Shown: positions 50,038 through 62,149 of the stretch, piece after piece
How the letters are laid out: each line of letters begins with the position of its first letter
Numbering within the stretch: position 1 is the first letter of the stretch
Origin: Oopsacas minuta
Lineage: Eukaryota; Animalia; Porifera
NCBI GenBank assembly: GCA_024704765.1
Contig: JAKMXF010000307.1
Coordinates: 248,001-312,000 of the forward strand
Direction of reading: 5' to 3'
Length of the DNA: 64,000 nucleotides
Position numbers and translations under genes: made by a program
Notes under the pieces: generated by a model
Seen by the model: only the letters and a program-made list of their open reading frames with translations
Told to the model about the DNA's origin: nothing
Database searches by the model: none

Positions 50038-52012
50038 ACATAGAGTGTATATGCTTCTTGTTTTTGGTAGCTCATTTACAATAATCTCTAAGGCTCGAAC
50101 ACATTCATAGAATTTTTGAAAAGTTGACAAATTGGATGGAATCTTATCACAATAAGGACAAAAGTAAAATAAAATCAATCAATCAAGTAGCCAATCAAAT
50201 ATTTCTATCGAATTTGGAAATGAATTCCATAGAATACAAATAAATTGTCATTACATTTTTGGAGAAAAGTATCCTGAGGACATCAGGGATAAATTCTACT
50301 CTTAATTCAGTTCAACAAAGATTCACATCGTCTGGCATTAATCAATATATTCGTGAATACATAGGAATTTCATAATGATAGATAAATTGAAAATTTATGA
50401 CTAGTCATAATTATTCGCATTCTTTCGTTTTAGTTGTTGATTCGCAACGTCCTCATTATATTAAGAATAGTTCGACTGTTCTTAAGGCAGATGTCAGATA
50501 TTAAAGTTGCTATTAATGAAAGTCTCGAATTCATCTAAGTAACTTTATCGAATTCGTCATAAAAAATTGTGTGAGTTCAATTATGCTTGGAGAATTAGGG
50601 CCTTGAATGGTTACCATGTTGCAGAGATCCGATGGATTCCTATAAAGCACAAAGTGCTTAGCTTTCTTGCCCTGTGGGCTCACGAACACTCCGGATCCTC
50701 TTGTATTCTTGTTGTTAAAAGTTCAATAGAAAATAGGAGGACAACTTGACAAGCATAAATTTATTTCCTCTTCAACTGTTTGCAGTCTTTCAATTTTTAT
50801 ATTCAGAATATTTTTGAGTGCGAAGAAGCCGAGTTCACAAAATAATTAGTCCAAAAATGCTGTAGATTTTAAGAGCCTAAGTTATTATCAGAGGGCAATG
50901 TGTTTTAACATATATTTAGAATATATCAAGGTCTATTTCTTTATACATTAATTTCAAGATGTGATCATTCCTAATATCATCCAACTCTTCTTCCTCCTCG
51001 ATATCTAATAGAAGATCGTTTAATCCACCCCGAATAATGGATTTCTCACCCAGTCATAATCTTCATTAGGCAAATTTGGAATGCAACGCTGAATTTTATC
51101 TTGTAATGTGTTAAGGTATTCAGTGATATGCGAAATAATCCATATGCATTGCTCAAAGCGGGATGAAGAAAAATATCTAAATTCACTTTTGTAACTCGGA
51201 TTTTATAGAAGTATTTTTTCATTCAGATACTACATCTTATGTGTAGAAATGCGGATAGAAGTGGAAATACAACATATCTGTAGCATTAGCTAACTTTGCA
51301 CACCAAGTTGTATCAGCAAATAAATTCACAAAACTTCTTTGATATCTTCAATAGTGAAAAACTTAACCAGATATTTTTTCAGTTCATAGATGCGAGACAA
51401 TCTTTTACTCTCGATAGTAATTTGACCTCTCTGCGGCTTGACATGTTGATATCCCATTTCTTCACAAAGCGTAGTAAATTAAGTAAGATTTCGGCGGCAT
51501 TTGATCAAATTCACGTTTTACAAAGTCGTCAAGTGCAGCTTTTGTTGAAATCCCATCATCTAATGCTTCGCGGTGAAAAAGTAGTGTATGGTTACGATCT
51601 CCTTGTTTGCTGTTTTGTCAAAGTTACAAATCTCTTCATTGACCCAAACATTGTTGGAGCAATCTGTACAATGGAATACCGACAATTCGCACCTAATTTG
51701 ATTGGTCAATTAATTCCGAATATGATTTTTAGCATTGTATGATCAATTTTTGTTGTTATTTATGTATATAAAGTAAAGAAATTTCCAAAAGTTCGTATAC
51801 TTCTAATGGCTACAGAGGTAATTGAGTGTTCGAATAGCATATCGTGAATATTCGACTTAGAGAGTGACTTTCAAAGCATACATAAGATACTTAGTAATAC
51901 ATAACACAAATTATCAGTTGATTAGGAGTAACCTAGGCGCCCGAAAGGTGCCTATTGAGGACGCTTCGTGTCCGCAACCGCGTACCGCAAGGAAGAGTAG
52001 CTTACTTGTATA

Positions 52013-54026
52013 CTGTATTTCCCTGAATAAGCGCCCCGGCGCTTATTTTTTCGTGCACATGAAACTCCAGGCCCTTATTTTGAGGAAGATGATAGAAATT
52101 AGTTTTCCCTAATTAAATAGGTAGTATCTAAAAATACATTGATGAAGTTAGTACTATATAAAAGCTACGTAACTATGCAGTGCATTTATAAGGATCATCC
52201 TGGACCTCCTCACACAAATTTTCGTCATCTAGGATAACAATTTGATTTAGTTCATCTTGTTCAAAGTCTAGTTCGTGCGGGTTTTCAGACTTGTCATCCA
52301 TACCGTTGTTTATGGTCAGTTCTTCTAATTTCTGAACTAGCTCATCACGCTTGTTGAAAAGTATCCTATTCTCTTTAATAACTGTGATCTTATCATTTTC
52401 GGAATTGTCAATACTATTTGAAATTGCGCACGACTTGAAAGATTCTGTAATGATTTCTGTGGATAAGGGTTCCCAGGCTTTTTTGACCCACGAGGCTACT
52501 AAAAGTTTAGTAGGAGCTTTCATGTTACCACCACGTGTGTACTCTTTCTCACCTTCACTCATCCACTGCTCATACTGCTCACGATAAGCAGCTTTAAAGG
52601 ACTTATTCCAGGACACATCAGGCGCTTGGATCAGACCGGTGCATCCTCCAGGAATAACTGCATGTCAGTTTTCAGCCTTGCAACCTCTTTTTTGACACTA
52701 TCTTGGATATGACATCTAAAACTGTTCCAAACAAGTAGTCTCCGCCCGAATGATAATCCTCCCCATACAGTTTGTAACCATTCATGGGTCAACTTTTCAT
52801 CCATCCATCCATTACTACTCATAACACAAACAACACCACTGAGTTCATTAAGATCACGATCACGTCTTTTACCTTTGAAAACAATAAATGGGGGTAGTTT
52901 AATGCCATTTGCTTTAGCAGCGAGACACACAGTAATGCGGGACTTTTCGTGGCCGGTTGTCCTAATTGGGATAGATTTCTGTCCCACGAAATCGACAGTT
53001 GTATCGACAGGCATGTCAAACCATATTGGAGTCTCATCCATGGCTCCGATATGGGAAAGCTGGTATCGATTACGTAGAATTTGCGAGCGTACGAAGATGA
53101 TGTAATTCATCAACTTTGGAATGACTGTTTCAGGAATCTTTTGTCCAACTGTAGTACGACGCCTGAGAGTAATATTGTGTCTACCAAAAAAGTTCCGTAG
53201 CCAACCGCGACTTGCTACGAAGGATTCTTCTTCTCCAGCATAGAGTTCTAGAGCCTTTCCCTGTACCATTTTACGTGTAACTCTCAGCCTCTGGCTTCTC
53301 AGTTCCTCAATCCATGAATACAAACTTTCCTCCAACGTCTCGAATGAAGGCGGCCGACCACCGCCATCTAGCCTACGACGCTTTGCATTATGAGCAGCTT
53401 CACAACTATCTTTTAGCTTGTCTTTATTTTTGCACCATTCTCGGATACGCTTGCAGTCGACACCATACTTTCGAGCTGCTTCTTCCTTTGAATTTCCAGA
53501 AGTTACAAAACAAACAGCTTCTAATTTAAATTCAAGTGTGTAGCTATGAAACTTTCGTTTTATTTGTCCTTTTTCCATATTTACTATTGCTAATATGAAA
53601 GGGAAGACAATATTATGTAGCTAATAATGGCTAGTACCGGTACACAAATTACTATTTGTACAATTTGAAAAATCTAACATATAAACTCAACACAATACAA
53701 TTTGTAATCCAACATCTATTAATCGAGCTTTATACTAATCAGAATGTTTTTCACATCACGTAATCAGTTCACACTAACACGTTTATTACGCCTACTTTCA
53801 GTTTTTTAATCGATAGAATCATAATGTAAACATTATTCATTCATTCAAACTTGTGATATACCATATACATATACCTTTACTGATCAATGAATTTCAATCC
53901 CTAGCGTTTATTTAAACGGGCACTTATAATAGACCGGCGCTTATTCTTTTCGTTCATATGAAACCCTCGGCGCTTATTCAAACCGACGCTTATTCAAACT
54001 CCCGGCGCTTATTCGGGGAAATACGG
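52013..54026 (-). mobile_element. pogo-superfamily transposon (DD35D, Passer/POGK-like)
   Basis: TIRs C(T/C)GTATTTCCC(T/C)GAATAAGCGCC with TA duplication. The empty site is visible in MULE copy 1 near 7430-7436. Confidence 0.93.
52173..53578 (-). pseudogene. pogo transposase (Brk-type DBD, CENP-B HTH, DDE_1) with a 1-nt frameshift near 52660 and second D changed to N
   Basis: Motifs SYTLEFKLEAV, FVASRGWLRNF, GAMDETPIWFD, LLVWNSFRCH and (AVIPGGCTGLIQ)APDVSWNK, with 35 residues between N and the last D. Confidence 0.88.
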
Positions 54027-54905
54027 TATGTTGAATTTTTGAACTATACAAGTAGTAAAGTATAGATTGCACAATCTGTGATCAAAGAATTATCCATACA
54101 TTTGGGAAAATATAAATAAAATCATTCCGGATTTATTATAATACAATTTGAAGCTGTTCTTCTATGGAAAATCTTTCTTATATTTCCCCACATTGAGCTG
54201 GGCTAACTCAAAATTGCTACTTAAATTCCTTTAATAATACGGTAGACTCCGCTTAATAGAGCCACCGGTTAATCTGGCCAACACCTTTATCCAGTAAATA
54301 TAGGTGATAATTTAATAACTGGATGGGTACTGTTTCGGTTAAGTAAACTAGCCATCCACTTTTAAATATTGGCCTTGCTGAGATAGAACGGAATGATATC
54401 TGTAACAGATATTTTGTTCATTTAACTTATAATCATGATATCACTTAGGTCATGATTAAATGAACTTCATACCCCTACACAATTATCCTACAAAATGGGG
54501 ACATGAGAATACTTGCCAGTAGGATATCCAATTCAAGCATTAAGTGTTACGTAAAGTTTGAACCACCCCGTTCGTGCCAGGAAATTAACCCTTTAGGTTT
54601 CTATTCGATAACAAGTCAGATGAATCAAGTCAAGTCATAAATAAACTATATTTAATGTCTAATATGCATGTGTCAACAAACTAATTGAATAAAAATAATG
54701 ATAAATATAATAAAAATAAGAGAATAAACAATTATGATAAATTAAAATACATATATATAAGAGAATAGTGTTGTAGGAGAAAGATCAAGAGAGGTGCAGC
54801 TACCGCATCATAACCATTGTTCTTCTTCCATGGTAGCTGCACCTCAATGGAGAGGATAGAGGAGAGGAGAGGAGAGGAGTGGAGTGAGAAGAGGAGATAT
54901 GGCGG

Positions 54906-56235
54906 ATTGGTTGTGTGAGCAAAGAGGGGTCTGCAAAGCTAGAGTTCATACCAAAGGGATGGTGGTAGTCAAGCGCACGAATGAGCACTCCCATGGGCCT
55001 GACGAGCAGGCAGCAGACTGTTATGAAGCGAAGGCAGGCATGAAGAGAAAAGCACGGAGTCCCAGGATAGCACACACCACATAGTGGGCGAGAGTTTGCA
55101 AACAGCATCAGAGGGTACTGCTGCTAAACTCCCCAAACTGGACAGCCTGAAGCGGACGATACAACGCCAATGTGCTAGTGTACTTGCAGCTCCAGCACAG
55201 CCTACCACTCTAGCAGAGCTAGCTCTACCAGCAGCCTACCAGCAGACAGCCAAGGGAGAACAGTTCTTACTCTACGACTCTGGTGCAGACGATGTACACA
55301 GATTCCTCATCTTTGCGACACAACACAACCTCGGGATGCTGCAGCGAAGCAAGATCTGGCTTGCTGATGGCACCTTCAAGACGGCACCTCCCCTCTTCGC
55401 CCAAGTGTATGTGGTGCATGGACTCCGTGGAGGAGATGATCCTATGAAGACCGGTCATCTGTTACCGAGCCTGTTCGTGCTACTGCCCAACAAGACGGAG
55501 GCTGCCTACCTGAGGATGTGGGAACAGATCCGCCTACTGTGTTCACTTGCCCAGCCTCAACAGATGCTCCTGGACTTTGAGAAGGGCGCGATTACCAGCT
55601 TTGAGCATGTCTGGCCTAACACAGTAGTGAAGTGCTGCTTCTTCCACCTCACACAGAATATCTGGCGCCATGTGCAGTCTGTAGGGCTGCAGTCTGCCTA
55701 CACACATGACGAAGAGTTGGCTATGCGCATCCGGAGGATACCAGCCCTTGCTTTTGCCCGACCAGCAGACGTACCCGATCTGTTTGATCAAGTGGCAATG
55801 GACCTCCCCCTTACGCCTGAGATAGGCGAACTAGTCGACTACTTTGAGAGGACGTATATCGGCCGCACAGTTACCAGCGGATACCATGTAGCGGCGACGT
55901 ACCCTATTCACCTGTGGAACAACCACATCAGCACGCCCTTAGGACTCCCCCGTACAACCAACGCCGTAGAGGCATGGCACCGCAGCTTCAATGCCACTGT
56001 CGGCTGCCATCACCCTACCATATGGAAGTTCATCCTCTCCCTCAAGCGTGAGCAGGGCCTAGTGGAGGTGCGGCATACTAACTACCTCGTTGGCAAGCCA
56101 CTAACCAAGCGGAGGTGGTCCCAACAGAGTGAGGAAGCGTTGAAGACTCTAGTTCGTGAATATTATTCTCCAGATCGTTCTAAAATGGAGTTCTTGCAGG
56201 GTGTAGCACATCATTTCAGTCTGGGAGCCGATTAA
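54906..56235 (+). pseudogene. MULE transposase, left arm of copy 2: no native start, frameshift near 55060, but intact C-terminus
   Basis: ORF 55084-56235 ends GKPLTKRRWSQQSEEALKTLVREYYSPDRSKMEFLQGVAHHFSLGAD and lacks the 7-bp insertion. Confidence 0.85.
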
Positions 56236-57639
56236 CATGTTAATCTAAAGGATTATCTCTAATCAATGTATTGAGGGCTAGATAATACTTCGATTAACAT
56301 ATTAATCGGCTCCCGGACTGAAATGATGTGCTACACCCTGCAAGAACTCCATTTTAGAACGATCTGGAGAATAATATTCACGAACTAGAGTCTTCAACGC
56401 TTCCTCACTCTGTTGGGACCACCTCCGCTTGGTTGGTGCATGGTGGCTTGCCAACGAGGTAGTTAGTATGCCGCACCTCCACTAGGCCCTGCTCACGCTT
56501 GAGGGAGAGGATGAACTTCCATATGGTAGGGTGATGGTAGCCGACAGTGGCATTGAAGCTGCGGTGCCATGCCTCTACGGCGTTGGTTGTACGGGGGAGT
56601 CCTAAGGGCGTGCTGATGTGGTTGTTCCACAGGTGAATAGGGTACGTCGCCGCTACATGGTATCCGCTGGTAACTGTGCGGCCGATATACGTCCTCTCAA
56701 AGTAGTCGACTAGTTCGCCTATCTCAGGCGTAAGGGGGAGGTCCATTGCCACTTGATCAAACAGATCGGGTACGTCTGCTGGTCGGGCAAAAGCAAGGGC
56801 TGGTATCCTCCGGATGCGCATAGCCAACTCTTCGTCATGTGTGTAGGCAGACTGCAGCCCTACAGACTGCACATGGCGCCAGATATTCTGTGTGAGGTGG
56901 AAGAAGCAGCACTTCACTACTGTGTTAGGCCAGACATGCTCAAAGCTGGTAATCGCGCCCTTCTCAAAGTCCAGGAGCATCTGTTGAGGCTGGGCAAGTG
57001 AACACAGTAGGCGGATCTGTTCCCACATCCTCAGGTAGGCAGCCTCCGTCTTGTTGGGCAGTAGCACGAACAGGCTCGGTAACAGATGACCGGTCTTCAT
57101 AGGATCATCTCCTCCACGGAGTCCATGCACCACATACACTTGGGCGAAGAGGGGAGGTGCCGTCTTGAAGGTGCCATCAGCAAGCCAGATCTTGCTTCGC
57201 TGCAGCATCCCGAGGTTGTGTTGTGTCGCAAAGATGAGGAATCTGTGTACATCGTCTGCACCAGAGTCGTAGAGTAAGAACTGTTCTCCCTTGGCTGTCT
57301 GCTGGTAGGCTGCTGGTAGAGCTAGCTCTGCTAGAGTGGTAGGCTGTGCTGGAGCTGCAAGTATACTAGCACATTGGCGTTGTATCGTCCGCTTCAGGCT
57401 GTCCAGTTTGGGGAGTTTAGCAGCAGTACCCTCTGATGCTGTTTGCAAACTCTCGCCCACTATGTGGTGTGTGCTATCCTGGGACTCCCGTGCTTTCCTC
57501 TTCATGCCTGCCTTCGCTTCATAACAGTCTGCTGCCTGCTCGTCAGGCCCATGGGAGTGCTCATTCGTGCGCTTGACTACCACCATCCCTTTGGTATGAA
57601 CTCTAGCTTTGCAGACCCCTCTTTGCTCACACAACCAAT
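54906..57639. repeat. Long inverted repeat (arms ~1.35 kb, 21-nt loop at 56259-56279)
   Basis: 54906-56258 is the near-exact reverse complement of 56280-57639. Confidence 0.95.
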
Positions 57640-57757
57640 GCGTCACATCTCCAACTCTCCCCTGCACTCCAAATAAAAATCCACTCTCCGACAGCTTATC
57701 TCCTCCTCTTTGTGACTTGATCAGCCTAAAGGTCGGCTGATCAAGCGGTTCCGCCAT
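56405..57757 (-). CDS. FLYWCH-MULE transposase, right arm of copy 2, 450 aa, catalytic core intact, last 44 aa replaced by 12
   Basis: ATG at 57757. Motifs WLCEQRGVCKARVHT..HSH, LADGTFK, LLDFEKG, CFFH and TNAVEAWH. The 7-bp insertion near 56440 shifts the end to PCTNQAEVVPTE. Confidence 0.85.
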   Translation of the reverse strand: MAEPLDQPTFRLIKSQRGGDKLSESGFLFGVQGRVGDVTHWLCEQRGVCKARVHTKGMVVVKRTNEHSHGPDEQAADCYEAKAGMKRKARESQDSTHHIVGESLQTASEGTAAKLPKLDSLKRTIQRQCASILAAPAQPTTLAELALPAAYQQTAKGEQFLLYDSGADDVHRFLIFATQHNLGMLQRSKIWLADGTFKTAPPLFAQVYVVHGLRGGDDPMKTGHLLPSLFVLLPNKTEAAYLRMWEQIRLLCSLAQPQQMLLDFEKGAITSFEHVWPNTVVKCCFFHLTQNIWRHVQSVGLQSAYTHDEELAMRIRRIPALAFARPADVPDLFDQVAMDLPLTPEIGELVDYFERTYIGRTVTSGYHVAATYPIHLWNNHISTPLGLPRTTNAVEAWHRSFNATVGYHHPTIWKFILSLKREQGLVEVRHTNYLVGKPPCTNQAEVVPTE

Positions 57758-59601
57758 TAAGGATTGTTAAATTTCAAAGACACAATGCATAAGTAATAAT
57801 GAGAAAACGAATCTGAGTTAGAACTAGATCATTTTCTATTTATGTCCGAGGATTGCAAATACCACAGGTGATCACATCCTGTTTACTACATTCCTCTTTA
57901 CCAAGTATAGCCCTAAGAGTATTTACTTCGTGCGTGTTTACTTAATACTTACTATAGCAATCTTTGTAATTCATATCATTAAATGGATTCATGGAATCAT
58001 GTCATCTAAAATTAGAATTATCTATCCAATTAAGACTTTCCGTGTGTAGATATAATTATTAGAAAATTGATTATTAACATGTACTTGGATTAAATTAATT
58101 AACTAATATCATATCAAATTGACCAATCAAATTAGGTGCGAATTGTCGTGGTGCGAATTGTCGGTATCCGCTGTACAATTATTAACGCAGCATTCCCACT
58201 TCAAGCCTCAGAATACCGATACTGACAAAATGTTTGAAATATATCTTGATATGTTGTAGAGTTCTTTACCATATAGAAATTGATCTAGATTTGGTCATCA
58301 CCAATATAACGAATGAAAGTTAGCAGTTGAACTTTTCCTCCAATATCTATTGATACCTAAACTTGGAGGGGCTACATATTATTAAACATTACAAACAGTT
58401 TTTACGATGTCAACAGACATGTCATGAATGCGTCTGCTAATGGTACAATGGGAGAGATGAAGATTCATAATTCTTATTCAGCACCCCATCAATCATTGTT
58501 TATAGGATAATCTTGAAAGCAGGAGGTAGCAATTGTGTGGGATTTCATCTGGATTGCTAAAGGTTCTGCTATTAAATAGCCTGCTTCTTGAACTTTATTA
58601 GAATTGTTACATTTTAAAACAGTCGAAATCTATTGTTGGTGGTGAAATAAGAGTCACTTGAAGAATTCCAAAGGTTTATCCATGAGCTGACGAGGTTTTG
58701 AAAGAAAACATCTCTTTAGATTGATTGGAACCATAGCTTTATTTGAAGGTTTATCACCAAAAACCAGGCATTCTTGAATTGGGTAGTTACCAGACGAAGT
58801 GAATCCTATCGAGATATAACTATCAGAATACAATCAAAGTTTGTTTACTTTTGTAAGTGCTATTAAACAATTGACTGAGGCACCATTAGAGTAGTACTTT
58901 TCAACAACCAATTCAGGATCGAGAATCATTTCTTCATTCTGATTATGGAATAGGAAATGTCTTTTTCCAAAGACATCTCCACTAACAATATTCTAGGAAT
59001 GTTATTATATCTAGTTAAAAGATAAAAGTAGTAGTAAAATTGAGAATATTGTACAATATAATACTCCAGAGGAACGTCAGAGGACAATAAAATGCACATT
59101 GGTATGGTATCAATACGAGATAAAGCAATAAGTAATTGTTGTAAGGCCTGCGGCACCCGTAGAGGAGGCCAAAGGTACAACTGGTTAAGATCCACTGGTC
59201 TAAGGTAACACCAATATAACAACAATGTACTAAATACACTCATATTATTTTAACTCTGTTGTATATAGAGAGTTGCCATACATTTCAGATTACTGCTGCA
59301 TTACCATCTCAGCAACATAAGAAGTTTTAACCAATTCCACCTCCTTCTAAAATGTGGAAATATATAGGAATGGACGTCGTATGTGAATTGTTTGAGAGTG
59401 AATACGGTTATAAATATATATTAGCGACTTTGTTATCTGGGCAAGTATGTTGTCGTACACCCTCTTAAGTCTAAGACATGAGAAGAAGTCAATCAAAATC
59501 TGCAAGATATCTACCTGGATATGGGATAAATCGATACCACCAATCATGGCCAAAGCAAGGAGTTCACAAGTAAAGTGACTAAAGTGTATTTTACTGGTTA
59601 C

Positions 59602-62121
59602 CAGTATGAATCCACCGGGGGGGTTCAGGGGGGTGCGCACCCCCCAAATTGGCTTATTAATTAAATTTAATTATATATGTATAAATGCCCATGATTAATG
59701 AATGTACACTGTAATTAACATAATTATATAAATATAATTATTAACTTTATGGCCTAATATTAAATATCTTGCAGGTCAACGTGTTAAGTATTTATATGAA
59801 ACGACAAGTGGAAAACCAACTTACACTGGATTATTTTCAATCCAAACGAGACAACAACAGACCAGATGGTTGCGAAGATGAATATCCATGCTACATGCAT
59901 TCTGAACAACAGGCAGTAGATAACACTGTGCTTGAGATTAACAGCTCTGCTGGGATGATACAGGGTAGGTTTATGATTTCAAACGCAGAGCTAAATTTAC
60001 CTACTAAATTTTCTAGATATAAACACCGACTGGTCTCTGCCTCAAGACAATGGTTATAAGAAAGATGGACCTGCCCATCCACTAACCCTCTTCCCTACTA
60101 AACCTGATTGTAACAAACGAAAAACAAACCGACTCCAGGCATCGTGGTATAGTAAACACCCCTGGATCACTTACAGCGAATCGCAAGACAAAGCATTTTG
60201 TTCTCCATGTATACACTTCAGCATCACAACGTTACAGGACAGGTTTACAAAAAAGGGATTTCATAATTGGCAAGTTGCAGTTGGAGACAAAAACAAGGGG
60301 CTAGGCAAGCATGCTAGGTATGAATCCCACATTATAGCTATGATGAAATGGAAAAACTATAAGTCTAACCCTTGTCGAGATCCAGGAAAGACTTAATCCT
60401 AATCGTCACATGCAGGTTGAGCAAAATAGAATCTATTTCGGTAAACTTGTCAGCTATATCAGGTGGTTTTGTCTTCAGGAAGTCGCTTTTCGAGGTGAGG
60501 AGGAACACGATGTCGGATCAGTCTGTAGAGGAAACTTCAGAGAACTTCTTGAATAGAATTCGAGCTGCATCCCGAATTCCTAGCCCAGAAGAAGTCTATT
60601 ATGGAGCAGTACTCATTTTACACAGATTACCTCAGTAAGACCGTCTACGAAGAATTTATCTCAATCATAGCTGGCGAGATTAGGAAAATTATTGCAAGAG
60701 AGATTGCTCAAACAAGTTCTACACATTAGTGTTGACGAAGCTAAGGATGTCAGCAGCTATGAGCAGCTTTGTTTATGTGTAAGATATTGCTCAGGATCTG
60801 TTCCAGCTGAAAGATTAATGAGGCTCATACGTCTTTCAGAGGGTCTATTTGATGCATGTGCTATAGTCCGTGAAGCTAAAGTTCTTATTCAATTGCTGTC
60901 TGGTTTTGGGTGTACACTAGTGGGATTAGCAGTTAATGGTGCTTCTGTTATGTCCGCTAAATTGGCTGGAGTGCAAGCACTACTTAAGGAAGAACATCCG
61001 TGGCTTATCTAAGACACTGTGCGGCACATAGACTTAATTTGGTTTTAGTAAAGGCTCTCAAAAATTTGTGTCCAGCTATGAACAATATAGTGGACAAACT
61101 CCACTCGCTATTCAATTCAGCTAAAACGAATGACAGTTTTGAAACAGAGCAAAAGATACTCAAGATCAGGGTGCTAAAGATTCCATTACGATCAGAAACA
61201 TGGTGGTCATCCATGTTCCACGTACTAGGTGTTATATGCTCTCGCTTTAAACCGATCATGCTCACTCTTATGAAAAGGGTAGGGGATGACGACAACGCAG
61301 CACTAACTGCTGGCGGTCTTTACCACAAGATGGCATGTGATGAGTTCATAATTAATTGCGTCGTTCTGAGGAAAGCCCTTGCAACTATTCACAGCCTGAG
61401 TGAATATTTACAGGGAGCATCAATTGAGTGGCATCACGTTGCACACGATATTAGAGCCTGTAAGTCAATGATTAGTCAGTTTGGAAACGAAATGTCTGTT
61501 GCTGAAATGTTGGAACATGCAGAAGAAATCAGTACTGATTGCTGTATACTCCTAAATGTGACCTCACCAGTTAACATGACAAGAAATTCAACAGAACATG
61601 TTGATTACTTGAGCCATATACAATCATTTTCAACAAAGGTTTGCCACAAAGTCTTAGCTGAATTAAGATTACGATTTCTTGACACTGGTATGGAGCTGCT
61701 CAAAGGCATAGATGGCCTGAATAGCACTTCACAAAAGTACTTAAAAAGGAAAACACTTAGCAAATTAATTGCTCATTATGATGACGTGTTAGACGTTAAT
61801 GAGACGTTGCTTAATGCAGAATTAGCAAAGTATCACATGTTTGCTAATTCTGGATCAGGTATAGCAACCATGGATCCGGCTTTCTATCCCAATCTGATGA
61901 AACTCTTTAATTTAAAGAGAAGCTTGCCTGAATCATCAGCAGAAGCAGAGAGAACTTTCTCAACGATAAAACGGGTAAAAACACAACAAAGAAACCGTCT
62001 TGATGACACACGTTTATCAGAACTCTGCCTCCTAGCTTGTGAAAAAGAATTGACCAAAGCTCTCAGCATAAATAGCACAATAGAAATCTTCAATCTGTCA
62101 AAAAGAAGAGGGCCTCTATAA
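59602..62121 (+). mobile_element. hAT Tip100/ZMYM1-type element with broken transposase; 3' end interrupted by Chapaev3 copy C
   Basis: GC-rich hAT-like left end near 59602. Motifs WYSKHPWITYSESQDKAFCSPC, VDEAKDVSSYEQLCLCVRY, HCAAHRLNLVL and SSAEAERTFSTIKRVKT..RNRL. Confidence 0.8.
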
Positions 62122-62149
62122 TTTTAAATTATCTATTAATTTAAAATAA

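Larger units (their letters stand above)
51673..58170. mobile_element. MULE transposon, copy 2, same palindromic architecture, with a nested pogo element
   Basis: Same ends as copy 1 (GGAATACCGAC... and ...GTCGGTATCCG). Perfect 9-bp TSD CTGTACAAT (51664-51672, 58171-58179). 6498 bp, or 4482 bp without the pogo insert. Confidence 0.95.
50580..58830 (-). mobile_element. Buster-type hAT relic split by MULE copy 2
   Basis: Right of the MULE: DSYISIGFTSSGN...AMVPINLKR...DKPLEFFK, EAGYLIAE...KSHTIA and LSHCTISRRIHDMSVDI. Left of it: APTMFGSMKRFVTL and DYDWVRNP. Termini not found. Confidence 0.7.

Noticed and set aside
51296-51742. 148-aa plus-strand ORF
   Set aside because: It is antisense to the Buster relic and runs into the MULE TIR, so it is a chance open frame.
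58926-59243. 105-aa minus-strand ORF
   Set aside because: No motif recognised, and both strands give equally plausible short exon readings, so it cannot be supported.
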